Positions 1-8,610 of a DNA stretch of 29,744 nucleotides are shown piece after piece. The first letter of the stretch is position 1. The number at the start of each line of letters is the position of its first letter. The notes under the pieces are model-generated. The model saw only the letters and a list, made by a program, of their open reading frames with translations, did not search any database and had not been told where the DNA came from. Source of the stretch: an uncultured Bacteroidales bacterium (GTDB lineage Bacteria > Bacteroidota > Bacteroidia > Bacteroidales > Paludibacteraceae); the NCBI GenBank assembly GCA_946615455.1, contig CAMOHN010000001.1, positions 1-29,744 of the forward strand. The letters are read 5' to 3'. The translations under genes and the position numbers were made by a program.

Positions 1-1
1 C

Positions 2-412
2 GTACCCGTGGTTGGTCATCTGGGACTGACTCCGCAGTCTGTCAATCAGTTTGGAGGTTATGGACTGCGTGCCAAAGAGCAGAAAGAGGCGGACAAACTG
101 CTGCATGATGCCGAGTTGTTGGCTCAGGCAGGTTGCTTTTTGATTGTACTTGAAAAGATTCCGGCGCAGTTGGCACAGCGTGTCACCGAGCGGGTCAATG
201 CCTACGGCTGCGGCACGATCGGAATAGGTGCAGGAAATAAGACCAATGGTCAAGTGTTAGTGTTGCACGACATGCTCGGGTTGAACGAAGGTTTTAAGCC
301 GAAGTTCCTACGTCATTTCGCTTCGCTGGCAACCACCATCAAGCAGGCAGTGGGTGACTACAACAAAGCTGTTGGTGAACGTTCATTTCCTAATGAGACG
401 GAGAGTTACTGA
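2..412 (+). CDS. panB: 3-methyl-2-oxobutanoate hydroxymethyltransferase (PanB), 3' part; 5' end lies outside the window
   Basis: Frame open from the window edge: VPVVGHLGLTPQSVNQFGGY, LEKIP, TIGIGAG and GQVLVLHDMLG are PanB signatures; TGA at 410-412. Confidence 0.95.
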   Translation, partial: VPVVGHLGLTPQSVNQFGGYGLRAKEQKEADKLLHDAELLAQAGCFLIVLEKIPAQLAQRVTERVNAYGCGTIGIGAGNKTNGQVLVLHDMLGLNEGFKPKFLRHFASLATTIKQAVGDYNKAVGERSFPNETESY

Positions 413-1035
413 CGCTTGGTGGCGGCAAGGGCGGCCATCAGCTTTTGGTTTGGGGTAGTGCCTGCGTCCTTGTTCAGCCCTCGCTGCTTGGCATAGGTGG
501 TCCAGTCTTTGGCACCATGTTCGGCAGCGAAAGGCAAACCTAATTGCAGAAAGTGGCAATAGGCGATGGCGAGTGCATCGGTGGCATCAAGGTGCTTGGG
601 CATATCCTCTTGGCGCAAGTGCAAGAAGCGTTTCAGCATATCTGCCACTTGTTGCTTGGTGGAGTGACCGTTGCCGGTGATTGCCATTTTGATTTTCATG
701 GGTGAGTACTCATAGATCGGTATGTCCTTGCTCAGTGCTGCGGCTATTGCCACGCCCTGGGCATGGACAATCTTGATCATGGTCTGCGGGTTCTTGTCCA
801 CAAACTGTGTCTCGATGGCCAAGCAGGTGGGGTGGTAGCGGTCGATGAGCGATTGCAGAAAGAAGAACTCTTGCTGCAAACGAGCATACTGCCCCTCGTG
901 TTTGCGCACATCAAGCACATCAAATACGAGCACATCGGTCTTTTGTCGCTCGGTGTCCAACAGGGCATAGCCCATCAGTTGTGTGCCGGGGTCGATGCCA
1001 AGGATACGGTGTTGTTTGACCAGTGTATCTTGCAC
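406..1035 (-). CDS. ruvC: Holliday junction resolvase RuvC
   Basis: ILGIDPG, AIE and DATDALAIAYCH carry the catalytic acidic residues. GTG start; stop overlaps the panB stop region by 7 nt. Confidence 0.93.
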   Translation of the reverse strand: MQDTLVKQHRILGIDPGTQLMGYALLDTERQKTDVLVFDVLDVRKHEGQYARLQQEFFFLQSLIDRYHPTCLAIETQFVDKNPQTMIKIVHAQGVAIAAALSKDIPIYEYSPMKIKMAITGNGHSTKQQVADMLKRFLHLRQEDMPKHLDATDALAIAYCHFLQLGLPFAAEHGAKDWTTYAKQRGLNKDAGTTPNQKLMAALAATKRQ

Positions 1036-1044
1036 GGTGTTCTT

Positions 1045-1049
1045 CCTCC
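1045..1049 (-). promoter_or_regulatory. Shine-Dalgarno-like GGAGG 9 nt upstream of the ruvC GTG
   Basis: Minus strand reads GGGAGGAAGAACACC-GTG; function uncertain in Bacteroidota. Confidence 0.35.
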
Positions 1050-1052
1050 CGT

Positions 1053-1376
1053 TTATTCGTCCATGAGATAGACATCTTCGTTGTCCGCGTGCATATAATA
1101 GTGCTCGCGGGCGTAGCGTTCCAGTGAGTCGGTGTTTTTGATGGTGCGTATGTCGCGTTTACACTCGTCGATGGCTTGACGGGTCTGTTCCAATTGTTCC
1201 TTTGTCTGACGGATGCGGCGGTTGCGCTGCACGCTGTTGATCAGACTCTGGTCGCCGGTAAAGATGAACAGCAGGGCGAAGAAGAGCAGGACGAGCACAT
1301 ACTTGTTGAGCAGGAAGCGGCGAACAAAGTCGCGCCAGCCGGTAGGTTTACGAAAAGACTGAAACAAAGGTCTCAT
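1053..1376 (-). CDS. ftsB: Septum formation initiator family protein (FtsB/DivIC-like)
   Basis: 107 aa; NKY followed by one TM helix, a coiled coil and the LERYAREHYYM..DNEDVY motif typical of Bacteroidetes DivIC/FtsB. Confidence 0.85.
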   Translation of the reverse strand: MRPLFQSFRKPTGWRDFVRRFLLNKYVLVLLFFALLFIFTGDQSLINSVQRNRRIRQTKEQLEQTRQAIDECKRDIRTIKNTDSLERYAREHYYMHADNEDVYLMDE

Positions 1377-1382
1377 ATTGTT

Positions 1383-4300
1383 TTAGTAGAGGATGACTTT
1401 CTTGGTTGTTGTAACACCGTCCTGTCCGCGCAAGATGATGAGGTAGCATCCGCTGACGGGTGGCAGGTTAAACCGGTCTTCCGTGTCGTTGTAGGTGCCT
1501 TGTGCGCATATCTCGCCGGCACTATTGACGGCAGTCCATTCGCCGGCCGTCTGTGCTTCGATGCGGAAGGCGGCATTGCGTGCCGGTGCAGCCGTGGGAT
1601 AGACCACAATGGGGTGCTCGTGGTAGATAGTCTGATAGCCACGTACTATGAACGGACAAGACTCGACATAGCCCGTTCCGTCCAGCGAGAGCGAGACGAT
1701 GACCGTATCGCCTTCCATGAGCGAGGGCGAATAGAAGAACGGCTCGGTGGAGGTGATGTTCTTGCCCTTCACTTGCCAGCGATAGCCCGTAAAGCGATAG
1801 CCGCCGTTGTTGTTCTCGTTGAGCAGAGCGATCATGTGATCCCATTTCTGTTCCATAATCCACGACGGGTACTTGAGTGTGAAATCCGCTTCGTGAGCCA
1901 CATATCCGCAGGTGCCGTTGTAGAAGGTGATGCGGACGCGATAGTTGTCGGGGCGTGTATAGGACGTGCCGCTGTGAGCCGGTACGGGGATACGGATGGT
2001 GGCCGAGAAGGGCTGGTTTGTCTGGTCGCTAAAGCCGTTCTGGTAGGCTTTGTCATCCAGGAAGCGCAGCGAATAGGTATCCGGTTTGACTCCGGTGAAG
2101 GTGGTCTGCAGCAGCACCTCATCAGCATCGGCGCAGTCGCTGGTGACGCTGATGCCGGACACACGGGTCGAGTCAAACACTTGCAGGTCCAGAATGGTTA
2201 TCTCTGATCGTCCTGCCTGCATGTCCCGGAGCGTATCGGTCATGTATGTGGTTCTGTCGTACCACTGACGGCGGAACAGAATGCTGTCGCCGCGACAAAT
2301 CTGATAGGACAGGGTGTCATAGCGTGTCTCGATGACATTGAGTTGCAGGCGATAGACCGAATCAACACAGCCGTTACTCAGGTCGTATGTATAGTCTTCA
2401 TAGTTGCCGGAGGTCAGGTAGGTCTGATGCCGCCAGATGTAAGGCAATTCATAGTCGGGCACATTGACACGCAAGGCATTGGCATACGAGCGGTTATAGA
2501 CGGTCAGACTGAGCACGGTGAGCGAGTCACAGCCGAAGCGGTTGTCGTTTACCAGCCGGTGTATGCCCGGTGTGGTGGCATTGATGGGGCCCAAGTGGAA
2601 AGTGTCTCCCTGACAGATGGAGGCATAGATGGTGTCAAACGACGGGAAGGCGGTATCGACGCGGACACGATAGACCGAGTCAAGACCGGTGCGGGTCCAC
2701 TGCTCCAGTCGGTAGTAACCGGCGTTCTGAATGTCCACTTCGCCCAAGTGCAGGGGTTCGTTGATGCAGCGGTAGATATGGTCTATTTCGGAACACTTGT
2801 TGGTCAGTACATAGCGTGTACGCAGGATGCTGTCGCACCCGCAGGAGACCGACTTGAAGGTGTCGCTGACCATGCGTGCCTCGGTGAGCAGCAGGCTGTT
2901 GTGCTTGATGGGGAACTCGTCGGGGCAGACCAGTATGGTCGTGTCGGTGAAATAGACCTCTTTGCCGTACAAGGTCAGTTCGTAGATGCTGTCGCAACCG
3001 GCGGACGAAACGAGTCGGTCGTAATAGACACCCGGATAGCGTAGCACGGTGTCATGGCGATGTCCGCGCCATACATAGCCCTCGTTCATGCAGAACGAGT
3101 CTCGCTGTTGTATATAGTAGGTTTGTCCTTTGCGTACAATATAGTGCAGCACGCTGTCGCAGCCGCTCACCTTGGATGCTACCGTGTCATAGTAGTTGCC
3201 GGGTTTGCTGATGATCTGACCGCGTATTTGCACCTTGTCGTCGTTACACAACGAGATAGGAATGACCGTTTCGGGTATGCGCGGATAGACCACCAGATAG
3301 GTCCATATCACGCTGTCATAGCCCAAGGGAGTGAGAATGGTGTCCTTGAAGACGGTTGAGTTGCGATAGGCGCGACCATGGTGTATATAGGGGAAGTCTG
3401 GCGAGTCGTAGCACAGGGTCACGGTGTCTTCGTGGAAATGCGGGTAGAGCATGTGCAGGTGCAGACGCACAATACTGTCACAGCCGTTCACGGTCTTGCC
3501 GCGAATGACATAGGTGCCGCCAAGGTGATAATCCTCGCCGTTGAAGCGGTAGGTCTGTCCCTCAACGATGGTGTCGTAGCGGTCGGAAACGACGGTGGGG
3601 TAGCCGTTGAGCACATAGCGCACCACACTGTCGCAACCCACGGTGTTGAGCAAGGTGTCGTAGAAGACACAAGGTGCCTGGTACTGCTTGCCACGGAAGT
3701 AATAGGGTTCGCCCTGGCAAGTGGATACGGGCACGCTGACCACTTCGGACGGGGTGCCGCGATTGACGATATAGTGCAATATACTGTCACAACCCGATAG
3801 GACGGACGAGAGGGTGTCGTAGTAGTTACCGGCTTCGGTGATGATCTGTCCGCGCACGATGACCACATCCATGTTACATAGTGACACGGGAATGACCGTC
3901 TCGGGTATGCGCGGATAGACCTCAAGGTGCGTCCACACCACACTGTCGTAGCCCAAAGTCGTACGGAAGGTATCTTTGAACAGCGTGGAGGCACGATACT
4001 CGCGTCCCTTGTGAACATAGGGGAAGTCGGGCGAGTCGTAACACAGAGTGACGGTATCCTCGCGGAAATAGGGGTGATAGACATACAGGTGCAGTCGGAT
4101 GACACTGTCGCAGCCCAAAGAGGTCTTAGCGCGCATGACATAGGTACCCTCATTGCGAATGATTTCGTTGTTGAAGGTATAGGTCTGTCCTTCGAATATA
4201 GTGTCATAGCGGTCGATGCTGACGGTGGGATAGGCATTGACCACATAGCGGATGACGCTGTCGCAGCCTTGCGCATTGAGCAGTGTGTCGTGTATCAAGC

Positions 4301-7300
4301 AGGGGGCTTTGTAGGCTTTGCCACGGAAGTAATAAGGCTCGCCTTGGCAGGTGGCAACCTGCATGGTGGTCAGGGGTGAAGGAGTGGCACGATTGACCAC
4401 ATACCTTACCACGCTGTCACAGCCGCTGACGGTCAAGAGCGTATCATAGTAGGTATAGGATCTGCCCGTGCAGGTGGTCAGCATTTGTGTAACGATGTAG
4501 GCACTGTCCACCACCATGCTAAGATGATACACCGAGTCCGCACCATGGATGGTGGTATAGCGTTGTGTGTAGTTGCCCGCTTCGGTCAGCGACTGCCCAA
4601 ACCAACGATAAGGCAGGCGGTTGGAGCACACACTAACCGTGTCATAGAAGTGATAGCCCTCGTTCACGGTCAGATCAAGACAATAGATGATACTGTCGCA
4701 GTCGGCTATCACTGCCGAGCGGATGGTGTCATAGTAAATACCTTTGTCGGAATAGGACTTGCCGTGCCAGTCGTAGCTGCTGCCGACATTGATCCGGGCT
4801 TTCTGGTTGACAAACGAGGTCTGCTCATGGGTCAGCACAAGGCGAATGATACTGTCACAGCCTTGTACCGAATAGAGCGTGTCATAATAGACACCCGATT
4901 TGGTCAGTTCCTGCCCTCGGAAATAATATACATCGTCGTGGCACACGCGCACTTGTCGGGTCACAAAGGGCGATGGAATGACGGTTAGGTGCAACTCAAT
5001 GACCGAGTCGCAGCCGTGTGAGGTGGTCAGTCGCTCGCACAGGATATTGACGGTGTCGGTGCGAACCTGGTCCTTAAAGACGCGTATGCCGCCCAAAGTG
5101 AAGGGTAGGCTTGACGAGCAGATGGTGCTGTCAATACGGGTCACCACCGAGTCGGCATCAACCACTACAAAGCGGTGAATGGTGTCGGCACCGACTTGGT
5201 TGCGGTACTCGCCGATGCTATCATACCAAATGCCGTCCACTTTCACCTGACTGCCCGGGCACAGATAGGCAGTGTCCGGCTCCGAACAACGGGCGATGGT
5301 CAGTTGCAGGGTGAAGATGCTGTCGCAACCAATACTATTCACCATGGTATCTGCTACCAACGTATCGGTCCAGAACAGACGTTCACGCCATATATAGGGC
5401 AGCGAGTCAGCACATAGCACTTTCTCCGTTATCTCGTTTTGGGACGGACGAACCTCCAGATTGAGAATATAGACCACCGAGTCGCAGGCAGGATGGTTGG
5501 TGCCCGTATAGGCAACGGCATCGTAATAGATGTTCGCCATTTTCAGTTCCTGTCCGCGCCATGAGTAGGTCTGGTTGCTGCATATCCAAGCCTCTTGGTA
5601 GATGGTATCCGTCTTGCGCACATTGACCACGGTGCGGTAGATGCTGTCGCAGCCGTTTTGGGTGACATAGACACGCTCAAACACGCCGGTCTCGGTCACT
5701 GTGTCACCGTTGACCAGTATATAGTCACCTTGGCAAATGTCGTGGTACTCCACTTGTTCGAAGATAGAGTGTACCTGCAAGTCCAGCACGCACAGGCTGT
5801 CACAGCCATCAACGGTAAGCAGTGTGTCGTAATAGACTCCGCTTTCGTAGAACGAGGTGCCGTGCCACAGGAAAGGCAAATCGGACTGACAATAGTCCAC
5901 ATGCACGCTGTCCAACTGTGGTTTGCCTACCGTCAGACGCAACTCAAAGATAGAGTCACAGCCCGACCGTGACGGCAATGTGTCGAAATACGATCCTTCA
6001 AACAGGCACTGCTGTTCGCGCCATAGATACACTTCGCCTTGGCATATGTGCTTATCCTCGACGATGTGATAAGTGGGTGAGAAGTGCACACTGACCTGCA
6101 CAATGCTGTCGCAGCCGTAGCGGTTGAGCAGTGTGTCGTAGAAGACAATCGATTGGGTCAGGACACGGTCACGATAGCGTAGGCTGTCGCCTTGGCAGCC
6201 GTAGAGATGTTCTTCGCCGGTCGAGTTGCTGCACAGAGTGAGTTGATAGACCGAGTCGCAGCCGAAGGCTGTCCGTAGCGAGTCGTAGTAGATGCCCGGT
6301 GCAGTGTACGCCTTGCCGCGCCATTCGTAAGTGCCCGCTCCGCTGAGCGAACCGCGTTGTGCGAACAGGTAGTTGGCTTGGGCTTGTACCACCACGGTGA
6401 CGATGCTGTCACAGCCGTCGATGGCGGGTACCGTGTCATAGAAAGTGGTTGGGGCATAATAGCGTGTCCCCTTGTAGAGCACAGGCTCGTCCTCACAGGT
6501 GCGAAGTGTCAGGGTCGAACGCGGTATAGTGTTGCGCACATTGAGAATGACATGCACCACACTGTCGCAACCGCTACGGGTGAGCAAAGTATCCACATAG
6601 TGCCCTCTCTGAGTCAATTCCACCCCGTTGAACCAATAGCTTTCGCCCGGACATAAAGTCTTGTCTATATAGGTCTCGCGTGGTGAGGACACGGTCAGAA
6701 TCAACTTGATAGTCTTTTCGCAACCATATTCGTTCTGCGTGGTGTGGTAATAGACATCCTCTTGGGTCAACTTCTGATCGAAGAACAGGAACGTGTCTCC
6801 CTCGCAGATGGAAGCGTTCCATTCTTCCAATACATGGTTACTGAACGACACAACAAAATGCACAATACTGTCGCAGCCTTGGCTTGACAGCAGCGTGTCC
6901 GAATAGATGCCCTGTTCGGTGATCTCTTGCCCACGGAAGCGGAAAGTCTCCCCCGAACACAGCTCGTGGTAAATGGTTTTTTCATAGACAGGATTGAGTG
7001 TCAGGTGCAACGAGAAGATGCTGTCAGTCCCTGCGGTGGTGACATAGGCGATGTCATAGTCTCCTTCATCATAGAACAGCCTGCCTTGGTATTGGTAAGG
7101 GATGTCTGTCTTGCACACGGCAACCGTGTCATAGAAATGGTGGGCAATGGGCTTGACCACATACAACTCATAGACCGAGTCACAACCCAACACAGTGGTG
7201 AAATAGTCGTGGTAGGTGCCCGTTTGGTCATAGACTTTGCCGCGCCAAGAAACAGTCTTTCCTGCATACAGGGTCATGGTGTCGCGGTAGTAGTAGGACG

Positions 7301-7535
7301 GCGCATGGTTGGCAACCACTTGATACACACTATCCGGCTTGCCTGTAGTCTGGCTGTAGAGTGTGTCAAAATAAACCCCTTCCTTGTCAATAGCCAGTCC
7401 GCGATAGACTATGGATTGGGTGGGGCAGAAATAGACCTGCTCGATGATGAGTGTGTCGTTGGCACGCACGGTCAGTCCAAACGTGGACAACAATGTGACC
7501 AATAGTAGGGTGAACAATGTATGGGGTGTTTTCAT
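1383..7535 (-). CDS. Giant secreted Cys-repeat protein with T9SS type A-like C-terminal sorting domain (putative surface protein/adhesin)
   Basis: 2050 aa; N-terminal signal peptide (MKTPHTLFTLLLVTLLSTFGLTVRA); about 34 repeats ending in GCDS[IV]; last ~80 aa (IVVYPTA...G.YLIIL......TKKVILY) resemble a Por secretion tail. Confidence 0.85.
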   Translation of the reverse strand: MKTPHTLFTLLLVTLLSTFGLTVRANDTLIIEQVYFCPTQSIVYRGLAIDKEGVYFDTLYSQTTGKPDSVYQVVANHAPSYYYRDTMTLYAGKTVSWRGKVYDQTGTYHDYFTTVLGCDSVYELYVVKPIAHHFYDTVAVCKTDIPYQYQGRLFYDEGDYDIAYVTTAGTDSIFSLHLTLNPVYEKTIYHELCSGETFRFRGQEITEQGIYSDTLLSSQGCDSIVHFVVSFSNHVLEEWNASICEGDTFLFFDQKLTQEDVYYHTTQNEYGCEKTIKLILTVSSPRETYIDKTLCPGESYWFNGVELTQRGHYVDTLLTRSGCDSVVHVILNVRNTIPRSTLTLRTCEDEPVLYKGTRYYAPTTFYDTVPAIDGCDSIVTVVVQAQANYLFAQRGSLSGAGTYEWRGKAYTAPGIYYDSLRTAFGCDSVYQLTLCSNSTGEEHLYGCQGDSLRYRDRVLTQSIVFYDTLLNRYGCDSIVQVSVHFSPTYHIVEDKHICQGEVYLWREQQCLFEGSYFDTLPSRSGCDSIFELRLTVGKPQLDSVHVDYCQSDLPFLWHGTSFYESGVYYDTLLTVDGCDSLCVLDLQVHSIFEQVEYHDICQGDYILVNGDTVTETGVFERVYVTQNGCDSIYRTVVNVRKTDTIYQEAWICSNQTYSWRGQELKMANIYYDAVAYTGTNHPACDSVVYILNLEVRPSQNEITEKVLCADSLPYIWRERLFWTDTLVADTMVNSIGCDSIFTLQLTIARCSEPDTAYLCPGSQVKVDGIWYDSIGEYRNQVGADTIHRFVVVDADSVVTRIDSTICSSSLPFTLGGIRVFKDQVRTDTVNILCERLTTSHGCDSVIELHLTVIPSPFVTRQVRVCHDDVYYFRGQELTKSGVYYDTLYSVQGCDSIIRLVLTHEQTSFVNQKARINVGSSYDWHGKSYSDKGIYYDTIRSAVIADCDSIIYCLDLTVNEGYHFYDTVSVCSNRLPYRWFGQSLTEAGNYTQRYTTIHGADSVYHLSMVVDSAYIVTQMLTTCTGRSYTYYDTLLTVSGCDSVVRYVVNRATPSPLTTMQVATCQGEPYYFRGKAYKAPCLIHDTLLNAQGCDSVIRYVVNAYPTVSIDRYDTIFEGQTYTFNNEIIRNEGTYVMRAKTSLGCDSVIRLHLYVYHPYFREDTVTLCYDSPDFPYVHKGREYRASTLFKDTFRTTLGYDSVVWTHLEVYPRIPETVIPVSLCNMDVVIVRGQIITEAGNYYDTLSSVLSGCDSILHYIVNRGTPSEVVSVPVSTCQGEPYYFRGKQYQAPCVFYDTLLNTVGCDSVVRYVLNGYPTVVSDRYDTIVEGQTYRFNGEDYHLGGTYVIRGKTVNGCDSIVRLHLHMLYPHFHEDTVTLCYDSPDFPYIHHGRAYRNSTVFKDTILTPLGYDSVIWTYLVVYPRIPETVIPISLCNDDKVQIRGQIISKPGNYYDTVASKVSGCDSVLHYIVRKGQTYYIQQRDSFCMNEGYVWRGHRHDTVLRYPGVYYDRLVSSAGCDSIYELTLYGKEVYFTDTTILVCPDEFPIKHNSLLLTEARMVSDTFKSVSCGCDSILRTRYVLTNKCSEIDHIYRCINEPLHLGEVDIQNAGYYRLEQWTRTGLDSVYRVRVDTAFPSFDTIYASICQGDTFHLGPINATTPGIHRLVNDNRFGCDSLTVLSLTVYNRSYANALRVNVPDYELPYIWRHQTYLTSGNYEDYTYDLSNGCVDSVYRLQLNVIETRYDTLSYQICRGDSILFRRQWYDRTTYMTDTLRDMQAGRSEITILDLQVFDSTRVSGISVTSDCADADEVLLQTTFTGVKPDTYSLRFLDDKAYQNGFSDQTNQPFSATIRIPVPAHSGTSYTRPDNYRVRITFYNGTCGYVAHEADFTLKYPSWIMEQKWDHMIALLNENNNGGYRFTGYRWQVKGKNITSTEPFFYSPSLMEGDTVIVSLSLDGTGYVESCPFIVRGYQTIYHEHPIVVYPTAAPARNAAFRIEAQTAGEWTAVNSAGEICAQGTYNDTEDRFNLPPVSGCYLIILRGQDGVTTTKKVILY
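2175..7460 (-). repeat. Array of about 34 degenerate ~50-aa coding repeats (xCxG-x-Y-x-W/F-x-G...G-x-Y-x-DTL...GCDS[IV]xxLxLxV)
   Basis: Counted by hand in the translation; at DNA level ctgtc[ag]ca[ag]cc recurs roughly every 150 nt. Confidence 0.9.
3137..4430 (-). repeat. 630-bp (210-aa, four-repeat) tandem duplication inside the giant gene, plus a short third partial copy
   Basis: Exact 630-nt offsets at several anchors (ccacggaagtaata at 3691 and 4321; gggaagtc at 3391 and 4021; atagtgca at 3141 and 3771). One 60-nt sample compared by hand matched at 46/60. Confidence 0.92.
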
Positions 7536-7576
7536 AATCGTCTGTTTTTTAGTGTTCCTTCACGGGCAAGAAGATG

Positions 7577-8533
7577 TCATTCGTAGCACTGACAGCCGCG
7601 GTGCCATGTGCCGGTAATGCCGGTGCGGCTGCCGCCAATCATGTAGGTCAGTTTGATGCCCAATAGGTAGGGAGCTACGCGCTTTTCGTTGGCTTGCTTG
7701 GAGTAATAGTAGGGCATCACCTGCGGATGTGTGGCATCCACTTTGCCTTGCTTGTTCTTGTTGGGGAAGGTGATGTGTTCCGCTTTGTCCGAGGCGGGGA
7801 TGATGGAGTTGAGTCCGTATTCAAAGTAAAAACCGACTTTCAGTATCTGGCAGGCATGGCTGCGCGTGCGGACGGTTGAGAGCACATCATAGCCCAGTTC
7901 ACCGATCACCGCGCCATTCAGCGCCAAGTCCACCGAGTGGGTAGTTGAGTAACTGAATGTGCCGTAACCCAATGCAGGATTGTCCACCAACCCGGGCTGA
8001 TACAACTCGCTGTAATCGCCCTTCAGGTCAAAGTCCCCCGAGGTGTGTACCGTGGCCCCTATCGAACGGAAACCGAACTTAAAACCTGCTCCGACATAGA
8101 AGCCGTGATAGTAATAGCCCATCAATAGCGGCACTTCCATCTGCGAGAACCGCTGCTCGTCTTGTTGACGGAAAGTGTAGTGCAGGCGAGTGGCGGTACC
8201 AAAGATGTCTTCGCCCGGAACAGGACCGAACTGATATTCGTTGAGCCTTGTGGTCGAGGTCTGCCAAGACATTTGTACCCCCAGACTCAACCAGAACTTG
8301 GTACGGCGGAACTCGTAGCCCGCGCCAACCAGACCGCCCATGTTGCCCAGACTGACAGCATTGGCATGCTGTACATCCAAGGCACTATATCCTAACCCGC
8401 CTGAGAGGTAGAAAAAGTGGTAGTTATCTTTGTTGCTGTGCCTGTTTTGTGCCGACACATACCCTGACGCACCTTGTATGAGGATGAGCGCCATAAGTAG
8501 GAAAAACATTTTTTTTAGGGTTGGGGTACACAT
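7577..8533 (-). CDS. Predicted outer-membrane beta-barrel protein (PorT/OMP-like) with C-terminal CxC tail
   Basis: Signal peptide; alternating amphipathic strands (FFYLSGGLGYS, GLVGAGYEF, FYVGAGFKFG, LKVGFYFEYG, LLGIKLTYMIG); ends RGCQCYE. Exact family not assignable by eye. Confidence 0.65.
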   Translation of the reverse strand: MCTPTLKKMFFLLMALILIQGASGYVSAQNRHSNKDNYHFFYLSGGLGYSALDVQHANAVSLGNMGGLVGAGYEFRRTKFWLSLGVQMSWQTSTTRLNEYQFGPVPGEDIFGTATRLHYTFRQQDEQRFSQMEVPLLMGYYYHGFYVGAGFKFGFRSIGATVHTSGDFDLKGDYSELYQPGLVDNPALGYGTFSYSTTHSVDLALNGAVIGELGYDVLSTVRTRSHACQILKVGFYFEYGLNSIIPASDKAEHITFPNKNKQGKVDATHPQVMPYYYSKQANEKRVAPYLLGIKLTYMIGGSRTGITGTWHRGCQCYE

Positions 8534-8610
8534 AGTGCAGGGTGTATAATAGTCTTTTAGTCGCTTTATTCTATTGTAGTTATGCGGGTGTTAAAAACCC
8601 GTTTGGGCGG

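Noticed and set aside
3137-4430. 630-bp duplication as an assembly artefact
   Set aside because: The copies differ at many positions, including synonymous ones (46/60 identity in a sample), so the duplication is biological.
2175-7460. Regularly spaced ctgtc[ag]ca[ag]cc motifs as a possible CRISPR or non-coding repeat array
   Set aside because: They are the GCDS codons of an uninterrupted ORF, vary at synonymous positions, and no cas genes are present.
1176-7505. Series of plus-strand ORFs (up to 343 aa) opposite the giant gene, and shifted-frame minus ORFs within it
   Set aside because: Shadow ORFs of the repeat gene; their periodicity simply reflects the coding repeats.
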